This document shows, in pieces, positions 1 through 8,127 of a stretch of 46,097 bases of DNA. The notes below the pieces were generated by a model. That model worked only from the letters and a program-made list of their open reading frames with translations. It did no database searches and was not told where the DNA came from. The DNA is taken from contig BTVV01000044.1 of the NCBI GenBank assembly GCA_045863855.1, positions 1-46,097 of the forward strand, read 5' to 3'. The position numbers and the translations under genes were made by a program. The DNA comes from Planctomycetota bacterium (GTDB lineage: Bacteria > Planctomycetota > SZUA-567 > H5-PLA8). Every line of letters begins with the position of its first letter. Positions within the stretch are counted from its first letter, which is position 1.

Positions 1-735
1 GCCTTCCGCGCGGAACTGGACCGCCTGCGGCGCGAGGGGCACTTCAACAACGTCCGCACCGAAGGGGATTCGAAGACCGTTTCGCAAGAGAAGATGAACC
101 TGCAGATTTGCCCGCTGCTGCATAAGAGCACGTTCTTCCGCGCGTTGCCGTTCCATCCCAAGGTGCTCGACACGATCCCGCAACTGATCGGCGATCCGGT
201 GATCCTGCATCTGGACCAGGTATTCCTGAAGCCCGCGCGGCACGGAACGGGGACCAACTGGCACCAGGACAACGCGTACTTCAAGATCGACGATCCGATG
301 CGCGGGACGGCTATGTGGATTGCGGTGCACGACGCGACGATCGCGAACGGCACCCTGAACGTGATCCCAGGCGCGTTTCGGGAACACTTCGAGCACGGCC
401 GCGATCCGGAGAGCAATCATCACATCCGCTGCTATCCGCCGGAAGAGCAGTCGGTGGCGCTGGAAGTTCCCGCCGGCGGCGCGGCCTTCTTCTGCTACGG
501 CGTCCCGCACTGCACGCGGGCCAATCAGACCGACCGGGACCGCGCCGGCGTCGCGTATCACTTCCTGCACGAATCGTGCTACACCGACGAATACCGCAAG
601 CACCACAAGCCCATCGGGACCTACCTGACCGGCCCGAAGGCGACGGGCGGAGAGAAAGAGTACGGGCTGCGAGTGGCCGGAACCTGGGAGAAGGAGTGCG
701 AACTCGCGCTGGCCAGCCAGACGGCGGCGGTATAA
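1..735 (+). CDS. Phytanoyl-CoA dioxygenase (PhyH) family Fe(II)/2OG oxygenase, 5'-truncated by window edge
   Basis: Frame open from base 1; FLKP..GT.WHQD motif, WIAVHDATIANGTL.VIPG, distal His (PHCT) and R..VAYHF. Confidence 0.9.
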   Translation, partial: AFRAELDRLRREGHFNNVRTEGDSKTVSQEKMNLQICPLLHKSTFFRALPFHPKVLDTIPQLIGDPVILHLDQVFLKPARHGTGTNWHQDNAYFKIDDPMRGTAMWIAVHDATIANGTLNVIPGAFREHFEHGRDPESNHHIRCYPPEEQSVALEVPAGGAAFFCYGVPHCTRANQTDRDRAGVAYHFLHESCYTDEYRKHHKPIGTYLTGPKATGGEKEYGLRVAGTWEKECELALASQTAAV

Positions 736-819
736 GAGCGATGCACCTCGGCCTTCACGCCGGGCGGAGCATGGCTTCGCCCGGTGTGCATTAGCCGATG
801 AATCTCACAGAGCTCACGG

Positions 820-1152
820 ATGCCCGGTCCAATGGCGTTGACGGTTGGTGATAAGGTTTGGTTCACCGCTATTCCAGAGGAGTGGAACCGTTTAAGGATT
901 ACCCTGCAACGAGATGACCTGGCTTTCATGAAATACGTTATTGCAAGGGGGCGCCCTTCGCGAGTCTACGAAGTAGACGAGAACGGCATCCCTTGGGTTG
1001 CTATGCGGATCCAAGGCCCGAAGGGCCTGGAATTCCATACTTGGGGTATCTTTGAAAAAAACCGGATGGAGCAAGGTATCCCCACGCAAATAACCAAACG
1101 CCAAATTCGGACTACCCGGTTACTTCATCTGGTCGGCCAGCTATTCGTTTAG
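820..1152 (+). CDS. Hypothetical protein, lower GC, just outside the att repeat; possible frameshift near 3' end
   Basis: 110-aa ORF; A7 run at 1055-1061; no family recognised. Confidence 0.45.
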   Translation: MPGPMALTVGDKVWFTAIPEEWNRLRITLQRDDLAFMKYVIARGRPSRVYEVDENGIPWVAMRIQGPKGLEFHTWGIFEKNRMEQGIPTQITKRQIRTTRLLHLVGQLFV

Positions 1153-1270
1153 CGGCAATTGAATGCCAATAGTAATAGCCAAATTTTTACTGAGCACTTG
1201 AGTGTCTCGACTTCCTGCGGCTACGGAGCCGAGGTTCGGCGTCCATCGATCAACTCGCTTGAGAATCGAA

Positions 1271-1325
1271 ATGGTGGGCAGGGAGGGATTTGAACCCCCG
1301 TAGACTTTCGTCGACAGATTTACAG
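1271..1325 (-). repeat. att site: duplicated 3' half of tRNA-Tyr (anticodon loop to CCA)
   Basis: 55-bp exact match to 18564-18618; the copies diverge immediately after ...GATTTACAG. Confidence 0.97.
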
Positions 1326-1381
1326 AGTGCTACGCATGGTCTAAACCTTTACGGTGTAAAGGGCAAGGATTGCCCAAAAGT

Positions 1382-1405
1382 CGATAGGTTACGCGATTAG
1401 GTTAC
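1382..1405 (+). repeat. Putative integrase arm-type site (tandem TAGGTTAC)
   Basis: CGATAGGTTACGCGATTAGGTTAC matches 18457-18480 at 23/24; both copies lie just inside the att cores. Confidence 0.75.
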
Positions 1406-1511
1406 GGATTTTGAATGGCAACAGACTCATAGATCTGTTGACGTTCCAAAGGCAACAGACTTTGGATCTGGCGACACCCCCACCCGCCCCACTTCTAAGG
1501 CCCGGAGCGAA

Positions 1512-1527
1512 GCGCAGACGTCTGCGC
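1512..1527. repeat. Palindrome GCGCAGACGTCTGCGC, copy 1
   Basis: Perfect 16-bp palindrome recurring at 7902, 8151, 15896, as a 12-bp core at 15533 and degenerate at 16352. Confidence 0.85.
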
Positions 1528-1558
1528 AAGCGGCGACCAGGAGGGCGCCGGCGTGCGA

Positions 1559-2095
1559 TTAGAGCTTGGAGCGGATCGCGGCGGCTTGGGCTTCGTAGCG
1601 CGCTTGGCGTTCCCGCTCGCCGTGCATTTCGTGGTGCAGCGCGAAGGAATCGAGGGCGTCGGCTTCGCCGGCAGAGCCGGCGCCGGCGTAGCGCTTGGCC
1701 AGGTCGTGAGCCATTCGGAGGTAGATACCGGCTTCGTGCTTTTCGTTCAGGCTGGTATGCAGGAACGCAGCCAGGCGGAGCACATGGAAGGGCCCCCGCC
1801 AGTCCCAGCCCCAGCGCTCAAGCCAAAGCAGTATCCGGATTGCGCGCCTGTAGCAGTCCAGCGCTTCGCGCCATTCTCGGCGCATGAGGTGACAAACCCC
1901 CACTGAGCCCAGCGCCACCGAAAGCGACGCAGCCCACCGAGTCTGCTGTTCGAGGCCGCGCGGGTGCAGCGCCCAAGCCTGGCGCAAGGCATCGCGGGAG
2001 GTTTCAAACGCGGGCCCCACGGCGCCGCGTTCGGCATGGCCGATCGCCTGAGCGACAAGGCCGTTTATCTCGCCGGCCTTACTCAGTGTGCGCAT
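1559..2095 (-). CDS. TPR-like helical repeat protein
   Basis: ALGSVGVCHLMRREWREALDCYRRAIRI resembles a TPR consensus; start overlaps the TMP stop region; start codon uncertain. Confidence 0.55.
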   Translation of the reverse strand: MRTLSKAGEINGLVAQAIGHAERGAVGPAFETSRDALRQAWALHPRGLEQQTRWAASLSVALGSVGVCHLMRREWREALDCYRRAIRILLWLERWGWDWRGPFHVLRLAAFLHTSLNEKHEAGIYLRMAHDLAKRYAGAGSAGEADALDSFALHHEMHGERERQARYEAQAAAIRSKL

Positions 2096-3425
2096 TGACG
2101 TTGCGCGCCCCGATCGCCGCCGTATCGGATTCAAGCGCGGCCGCGTGCCGTTCGTAAGCGTCGTTCAATCTCGAAAGGGTAGTGATCAGCTTGTAAAGCG
2201 CGACCGGACCGAAGCCACTCTCGACTACATTCTGTGCATAGTAGGCTCCGACTCCCTTCTCACCGGCCTCCTTAGCCTCTTCGCCGGCTACATCCATTGT
2301 CGCGGCCCACGCAAGGCTGGCCTGCTCTCCGGCTTCGCCTGCCTGCTCGCCAAACCCCTGCTGCGCCAAATCCGCGCGCACCGCGGCGGCCCGGCGCCGT
2401 AAATGTTCCTGGATCTGCGGATTCGTCATAGCTTCAGACAGTTCGCCCTCAAACAGGTTTCCACTCTGAGCCGCCATCAATTCGCGCGCGCGGCGCTGGG
2501 GATCCGAGCCCATAAGCACATCGAACGCGCCGCTTTGCCCCCCAAGAATCTCCTGGCGCACTCCTTTGTTGCCGCGCAACATGGCATAGCGCTCCGCCGG
2601 CGACGCCGCGTAAAAGGCATTTTCGGCCAAGTCCTTCTCCGAGAGACGCTGCCCACGCTTCGCCGCAACAGGATCCCGCTGTTCGGTGAGCTTCTGCTGC
2701 AAGCTGTTCAGCACTTCAGGACCGACGCGGGTTTCCAGCGACCCCAAGGCCAGGCCCAACGCCTCTTCGGTCGTCATGGCCCCCGACTGAGTCAAAAGGC
2801 CGATGCTCTTAAATCCGCTTTCGTCCAGCTTCCCGCCGTATTTTCCCGAGGCCTTCATAACGGCCATCGCCAAGTCCGACATATCGTCCATAGACTTATC
2901 GGGGCTCAGCTTCGCAATTTCACCCATGACCGCGCCAGCTTCGCCCGGATTCATAAAGGCGCCCGTAAAGCGCGCGGCCTGTTCGGCAATGCGGAGCTGC
3001 TGCTCAGTGGAAGCGCTGGGCGTGCGGCCGGCCACAGCGTCAAAAGCCGCTTTGCGATCCGTCATGTTCGCCAGCGGAGCGTTAAAGCTCTTGATTCCCG
3101 ACTGGATCGCCGGCGTGTCCTTCAGGCGCTGCGCAGAAGCAATAGACTTGAGCAGCTCTTCATTGAACTGCCGAGCGTCTTTGCCTATTTGGTTAAGGTA
3201 CTTGGCAACGTCCATCAGGCCGTTAACGAGCGTTGCAGGATCGATCTTAAAGAGATTCACGAACGCGCCAGATACCCCGCGCGCGTACTTCTCAACTTCG
3301 GTAAGGTTCTGTTTGTTGCGCTTGGCGCCGGCGTCCACCTTGCTTTGAGCATCAACGAGCTTTAGGTATGCGTTCACCGCGCCCTGGGTCTCCGCGTCCA
3401 CTCTGATAATCACGTCACCGGCCAT
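2079..3425 (-). CDS. Short tape-measure-like protein (448 aa)
   Basis: N-terminal VIIRVDAETQGAVNAY typical of TMPs; Ala/Gly-rich helical body; directly after a frameshifting chaperone gene; GGAGG RBS. Confidence 0.75.
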   Translation of the reverse strand: MAGDVIIRVDAETQGAVNAYLKLVDAQSKVDAGAKRNKQNLTEVEKYARGVSGAFVNLFKIDPATLVNGLMDVAKYLNQIGKDARQFNEELLKSIASAQRLKDTPAIQSGIKSFNAPLANMTDRKAAFDAVAGRTPSASTEQQLRIAEQAARFTGAFMNPGEAGAVMGEIAKLSPDKSMDDMSDLAMAVMKASGKYGGKLDESGFKSIGLLTQSGAMTTEEALGLALGSLETRVGPEVLNSLQQKLTEQRDPVAAKRGQRLSEKDLAENAFYAASPAERYAMLRGNKGVRQEILGGQSGAFDVLMGSDPQRRARELMAAQSGNLFEGELSEAMTNPQIQEHLRRRAAAVRADLAQQGFGEQAGEAGEQASLAWAATMDVAGEEAKEAGEKGVGAYYAQNVVESGFGPVALYKLITTLSRLNDAYERHAAALESDTAAIGARNVNAHTE

Positions 3426-3428
3426 GGG

Positions 3429-3635
3429 TCACCTCCCAGTGCTCACGAAGACCTTGCACAGATTCTTAAAGGCCTTTCCCGCAACCTTCCAGCGCGCGGA
3501 CTCTTCCCGCAATCGCCACACCTCTACCGCCGCGGCCTCGCCGATCGTCGGCGCGTAACCTGGATTCAAGCCGCGGATCCAGGTGGCCCACTCGCGCCGC
3601 CGGCAACCGAAGAGACCTCGGCCAACTTTTTTTTT
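3429..3635 (-). other. Programmed -1 frameshift site and gpGT-like extension
   Basis: A9G run (3626-3635); the -1 frame reads KVGRGLFGCRRREWATWIRGLNPGYAPTIGE...STGR* and stays open to TGA at 3431-3429, 3 nt before the TMP ATG. Confidence 0.8.
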
Positions 3636-4291
3636 GCAGTCTCGATTACGAAGTCCACGTCGGCCATAACCTCACAGATCCGGCGCACCAAATCCGTGGT
3701 CAGGCATTCGAGCAAGCCGGCTTCCACAACTCCAACGCGGTAATTCAGAGCCAGGCCGCGCACGGCGAGCTTGACGTACCACTCAAAAGACATGCCTTCC
3801 GTGTTCTCATCGAAGCCGAAGTAGACCTGAAAGAAGCGCTCGGTGTCCGCGAAGATCTCGCGGTATTCGGCCGGGCGACGCGCGACCAGACCCAAGCCAG
3901 GCGACCAGGACACCACCTGGGGGAGTTGCTTCAAGATCGGCACCTGCCAGGGATGCGCGCCGAGTTGAATGCCGGCGCCATCAAGCATCGATGCGCGCGC
4001 CAGGCTGCCCGGCGTGGGCAGCTCATCCTTGGCATAGCCGATCCAATAATCGGCCTTCGCGCCCACTTCCGCCGCGGAAACCTTCGTCCAGACTTGGGCG
4101 GAAGGGTCATAGCTCCAGCTCACGCCGGGCGTTTCGATCCAGCAGAGCGCGCCGGCGCCGCCGGCGTGGCTGCCCAGCGCGCGCGAAGCGACGCCTTCGC
4201 CGGGCACGAGCGGCAGGAGGCCGAGCGGCAAGAGTTGCTCGGCATTGCGCTGGCCCGGACCGGGCAAGAAGTAGCAGAATCCCTTAGCCAT
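3566..4291 (-). CDS. Tail assembly chaperone (lambda gpG-like), frame-0 product of 241 aa
   Basis: ATG at 4291 with GGAGGAG RBS; slippery GCA AAA AAA AAG near the 3' end; lies upstream of the TMP-like gene. Confidence 0.7.
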   Translation of the reverse strand: MAKGFCYFLPGPGQRNAEQLLPLGLLPLVPGEGVASRALGSHAGGAGALCWIETPGVSWSYDPSAQVWTKVSAAEVGAKADYWIGYAKDELPTPGSLARASMLDGAGIQLGAHPWQVPILKQLPQVVSWSPGLGLVARRPAEYREIFADTERFFQVYFGFDENTEGMSFEWYVKLAVRGLALNYRVGVVEAGLLECLTTDLVRRICEVMADVDFVIETAKKKLAEVSSVAGGASGPPGSAA

Positions 4292-4514
4292 GAAGCAACT
4301 CCTCCAACTCAGACCGCGCCGTATCGGCGTCGATCGGATGCAGCACGAGAAGCGAAGGGAGAACGGCAGAGAGCGGCGACGGCCGCATGACGTCTTCAAC
4401 CAGAGCCGCAAATTGATCCGGACAGCGCCGCGCCCATTCATAAACCGCGGGATCGCGGGCCTGGGTCAAGTCCAAGGACCCAGAAGACAGAGCGAATACT
4501 TCGGTATCAGGCAT
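4284..4514 (-). CDS. Hypothetical protein (76 aa)
   Basis: Overlaps both neighbours in the leftward operon; AAGGAGG RBS. Confidence 0.55.
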   Translation of the reverse strand: MPDTEVFALSSGSLDLTQARDPAVYEWARRCPDQFAALVEDVMRPSPLSAVLPSLLVLHPIDADTARSELEELLHG

Positions 4515-4725
4515 GACAAGCCTCCTTCCCTAGTCCAGCACGAACAGCACCATGGCGGCGGCGCCGAGCGCTTGGAGCTTCAGCCCGCGCGCCGTCGTGG
4601 TGCCATAAGAGAATGGCCTCTTGAAAAGCCTGCTTCACGACGGCTTGAAATTCGCGCTTAGCTTGTCCGGATTGCGGGCTCAACAGCGGCGGATAGGTGA
4701 TTTGAATACTCAGCTTGATCGGCAT
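4507..4725 (-). CDS. Hypothetical protein, possibly a truncated virion morphogenesis gene
   Basis: 72-aa ORF in the operon; N-terminal half (REFQAVVKQAFQEAILLWH) looks protein-like, C-terminal half is low complexity. Confidence 0.4.
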   Translation of the reverse strand: MPIKLSIQITYPPLLSPQSGQAKREFQAVVKQAFQEAILLWHHDGARAEAPSARRRRHGAVRAGLGKEACHA

Positions 4726-4737
4726 GGCTCGAACCTC

Positions 4738-5277
4738 TCAACGCAGCGCCGCGGCGATCTCCAAAACGGCAGAGCTGATTCGATACGCACGGGGAAAATT
4801 CGGTCCATGCGTAATCAGGTGCCGAACGTCCATAGCCAAGGCCCGAAGGGCGTTCAAGGAACACGAGCGTACATGTTCCAGATTGGCCGCCGCCTGCATG
4901 GCGGCTTGCCGCTCAACCGGCCAGTGCACAGGAAAGAGCGCGACCAGATAGAGCAGATCCGCCCGATGCGCGGCCTGCTCGGTCAAGCCGTCCAAGCTAG
5001 GAGGCGCCGGGAGTTCGGCCAAGGATCGGCGGACTTGGCCGAGCGGCCGGAATTGTCCAGCCAAAAACGAGAGCGAGGCGTGAGTTTCGGCGCCAAGCCC
5101 CTGCATCGAGTGACCCGCCGCCATGCGACGAAGATTCGCAGCAAGCGTGCGCAGGTCATCCATAACCCCGGCGCGGCATTCGCTTTCATCCCGAGCATCC
5201 AACTCCACGAGCCGCACGGATCCGGCCGTGAAACTGCCCAGAAGAGAGAGCAAGTCCTGACGATGAAGCGCGTGCAT
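4738..5277 (-). CDS. Hypothetical helical protein (179 aa)
   Basis: ATG at 5277 preceded by an AAGGAAAAA leader nearly identical to the capsid gene leader. Confidence 0.6.
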   Translation of the reverse strand: MHALHRQDLLSLLGSFTAGSVRLVELDARDESECRAGVMDDLRTLAANLRRMAAGHSMQGLGAETHASLSFLAGQFRPLGQVRRSLAELPAPPSLDGLTEQAAHRADLLYLVALFPVHWPVERQAAMQAAANLEHVRSCSLNALRALAMDVRHLITHGPNFPRAYRISSAVLEIAAALR

Positions 5278-5471
5278 GTATTTTTCCTTTCGGGCTACAG
5301 GTGCGGCCGGCGTCCCCACCGGCCGCACCCGAACCCAAGTCGGGAGGGAACAAGAGAGGTGCCTCCCTGCCGGTGTTACGGGCTGCGAACGCAGGCGCCC
5401 GTGAAGACCCCTGCGCGCGGCGCCGCGCCCCGCCACCGCCGGCTGGGCTGAGCGCTTGCCGCGACCAAGGC

Positions 5472-6752
5472 TTAGTAGGTCGTGCTCGGTACGCTCTGCA
5501 CTACGCGGTTGTAGTCGATCGCCGCAACTTCGAAGGCCCAGGCCGCGCGCAGGCTGAAGAGTTCGCGGCGGTTCAGGAACGCGATACTTTGCTCGCTGAA
5601 CATGGAAACGATTTCAAGTTCCAACGAACGGTGCTGCACGAATTGCGCCGCGAAGTTGCCGGCGTACCAAGCGCCGGTGCTGATCTCGTCCAAGTAGGTG
5701 CTGCTCAGCAAGCGCGGCCGGCGATCGGCCGGCTGGTAGGCGTAAAGCTGCTCCAGGAGCTGCGCGGCGAGCGAGGCCTGCGAGGCGGGCACCAGCGCAA
5801 GCCGGCGGAACGGATCGGCGACCAGGCGCCGGCCTTCGGAATCGAGCATGCCGTCGAGCTGCGCGAACGCGGCGTTCATGCTGTTCGCGTCGGTAAGGGC
5901 GTTGTTGGTGAGGCGCGTCCCAAGTGGCGCGCGCGAACCGGGCGCGCCGTCGGTGGCGTTGTAAAGCGGCGTCGGCACGCCGCCCGGCCTGTACACGTAG
6001 TGCGGGCCGGCATCGCTGGTCTTGGAGCCGTAGCGATCGGTTACGCGGTCCAGGATTTGGCGCTCTTCATGGTGCCGCACGTAGCGGCCCAGCGCGCGCG
6101 CCTTCGCGGCCAAGGGCGCGGCATTGGCCTTCTGTCCGGCTTCCTCCAGTTCTTCGGCTCCAATCGAAAGCGTACGGCCATCCGCAACGGCATGCGGAAT
6201 GCCGATCGTTTCTTCATCGAATTTCGCCGGCGGAAACGGCTCGCCTTCGCGTTCGCGGCGCGCCGTCGTTTCGAGCACGCGCAGGGGTACGAAGCTGACG
6301 CGTTTCTCGCCCGTGCGATCGTCGGAAATCACCTCGGCGTTGCCGATCGGCGTAACCAACTCTTGCCCGATGCAATCGAAGCCGGCCTCGTTGTAGCCGT
6401 CGAGGAACGCCGTGCGCGCGACTTCGCCAAGCAACAGACTGGCGGGGTCCACAAGAGCGTCGCGAGCGTCGGCGCCGTCCGCCAGCCGCACGGAAGCACC
6501 CACCGCGCCCTTATCGCTGGCTTCCAGAAGCGCGTGCACGTTGACCTGCTCGGGCCGGATGCGGCCTGCGCGAATCTCGGGCAGAATGCGCGCGAGCGCC
6601 GCGGGGGCGTCGGCCACCAGGGCCGCGCGCAGATCGCCGGCCGTCAGCGCGCCGCGCACGTCTGCCGTCATGCGCGGCGCATCGAGCGGACCGGATTCGT
6701 GGGGCGCGCCGATCGCGATACGGCGGGGATTCTCGACTGGAATGGGAGGCAT
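5472..6752 (-). CDS. Major capsid protein, Mu gpT-like / HK97 fold
   Basis: Segments EGEPFP.AKFDE, GRTLSI..E, A.ARALG....HEERQIL, NNALTD, LVP, LLSS.YL....AWYAGNF and the C-terminal ..AAIDY.RVV resemble Mu-type head subunits. Confidence 0.8.
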   Translation of the reverse strand: MPPIPVENPRRIAIGAPHESGPLDAPRMTADVRGALTAGDLRAALVADAPAALARILPEIRAGRIRPEQVNVHALLEASDKGAVGASVRLADGADARDALVDPASLLLGEVARTAFLDGYNEAGFDCIGQELVTPIGNAEVISDDRTGEKRVSFVPLRVLETTARREREGEPFPPAKFDEETIGIPHAVADGRTLSIGAEELEEAGQKANAAPLAAKARALGRYVRHHEERQILDRVTDRYGSKTSDAGPHYVYRPGGVPTPLYNATDGAPGSRAPLGTRLTNNALTDANSMNAAFAQLDGMLDSEGRRLVADPFRRLALVPASQASLAAQLLEQLYAYQPADRRPRLLSSTYLDEISTGAWYAGNFAAQFVQHRSLELEIVSMFSEQSIAFLNRRELFSLRAAWAFEVAAIDYNRVVQSVPSTTY

Positions 6753-6778
6753 GTTTTTTCCTTTCGCGTGGACGGTTT

Positions 6779-7012
6779 TTAGGAGGTGAATAGGGCGCGA
6801 AGCTCTGACTGCCGGCGCTGCTCAACCAACGCGCGGCGATCGGCCAGGTACGCCTTTAGCGCGTACAGCTCCCGCTCCAGATCGGCGCAGTCGGCTTCGA
6901 TTTCGGCGTTCGTAGAACCGCAACGCGCCACGGACGCCGGGAGCGTAGCAACCGCTTCGCGGATCTCCCTGGCAAGTCGTGCGCGGCGCTGAACGGGGTT
7001 TTCGGCAGGCAT
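6779..7012 (-). CDS. Small coiled-coil protein upstream of capsid (possible scaffold or size determinant)
   Basis: AAGGAGG RBS, ATG at 7012, heptad-rich 77 aa. Confidence 0.6.
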   Translation of the reverse strand: MPAENPVQRRARLAREIREAVATLPASVARCGSTNAEIEADCADLERELYALKAYLADRRALVEQRRQSELRALFTS

Positions 7013-7040
7013 GGGCTTGACCTCCTTCGTGCCCGAATAT

Positions 7041-7496
7041 CTAACCCACGCTCGAAGGCGATTGCGACTGGAACACAAGCGCGCGTGCCAGTGCTTGGCA
7101 CAGTTCCGGAGAGGCGTTCACGGCGGCCAGCGCCGCGGCCAGCGCTTCGAAACTGATAGCGCCGGCCGGCGCGTGCGGCGCTCGCAAGTCGCCGGTGCGC
7201 AGGTTGTGCTTCAGCGTGGCGACGGCGCCGGCGAGCTGCTCGGCGAGCAAGGCCGCGCGGCGCGCCTGCGCGGCAGGGAGCGCCGCGGCGACGTGCGGAA
7301 AGCGCGCGGCCAGGTGGCGCAACGCGGCCGCGTCGAGGTGAGGCAGGAGCGCGTCGAGATCCCAGGCCTGCGGCATCGCACGCGCCGGCGCGGGGAGCAG
7401 CTCAGCGCGGCGATAGGCGGTGCGGCGCGAGCAGCCCCACGCGCCTTGCAGCGCGTGAAGGCTCACTAGCACCAAGGGGACTGCCGGCGCGTGCAT
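7041..7496 (-). CDS. Putative HTH DNA-binding protein (AlpA/Xis-like N-terminus)
   Basis: LVSLHALQGAWGCSRRTAYRR..LLPAP....WDL; TGATG coupling with the upstream gene. Confidence 0.5.
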   Translation of the reverse strand: MHAPAVPLVLVSLHALQGAWGCSRRTAYRRAELLPAPARAMPQAWDLDALLPHLDAAALRHLAARFPHVAAALPAAQARRAALLAEQLAGAVATLKHNLRTGDLRAPHAPAGAISFEALAAALAAVNASPELCQALARALVFQSQSPSSVG

Positions 7497-7876
7497 CAGC
7501 CCTCGGCAAGCTGCCATCGGTGCTGACAGCCGCGGCAGCGCAACACCACGCTTCCACCGCCGCGAGCGACCACGCAGACCGCGGCGCCCCTTTCGAGCGG
7601 CAGCGTCACCCTCAAACACTTCGGGCAGGGGTGAACCTTGCCTTTAACGAACGCGGGTGGCAGTTCGCGGCCTTCCGGCCAAACATGCAGCGGCGCCGGC
7701 GACGGCGGGAGCGGTTCGCGCGGCGGGAGCAGCTCGCGGCCTTCGGGATCGCGGATCTTGCGCGCGTGCTCGGCGATCAGATCATACGGTCCGGGCCCAG
7801 CCGGGAGCGCCGCGGGCGGCGGCCGATCGGCAGGCTTACCGGCGAAGAATTCCGAGACCGCTTCTAGAATCGTCAT
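7496..7876 (-). CDS. Zinc-ribbon protein (CPKC...CRGC)
   Basis: Two CxxC pairs at the C-terminus; AGGAG RBS. Confidence 0.6.
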   Translation of the reverse strand: MTILEAVSEFFAGKPADRPPPAALPAGPGPYDLIAEHARKIRDPEGRELLPPREPLPPSPAPLHVWPEGRELPPAFVKGKVHPCPKCLRVTLPLERGAAVCVVARGGGSVVLRCRGCQHRWQLAEG

Positions 7877-7901
7877 GCTTGGGGCTCCTTGCAAGAGGAC
7901 G

Positions 7902-7917
7902 GCGCAGACGTCTGCGC
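7902..7917. repeat. Palindrome GCGCAGACGTCTGCGC, copy 2
   Basis: Exact copy upstream of the zinc-ribbon gene. Confidence 0.85.
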
Positions 7918-8127
7918 GGTGACGGCGCTCGCGCACGGCGCGGCGCTTTCGTTCGGCGGTGAAGTGGTGGGGGAGGATTTTTCGCGCGCGGTTTTTATCA
8001 GTAGGTCGCCGGGGGCGGGGCGATTGCCTACATCCGCGCGCGACGTTCGGGAGGCGACGAAGGAGCGTGAAGGGCGCATGGCATACCTCTACCGCCCTCC
8101 AGCGGTTTGGGTTGTCGAACTAAACGG

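Noticed and set aside
2403..6782. Long + strand ORFs (2403-3365, 4621-5451, 5301-6782)
   Set aside because: These are shadow ORFs opposite real minus-strand genes, expected in high-GC DNA; Arg-rich, with no recognisable motifs.
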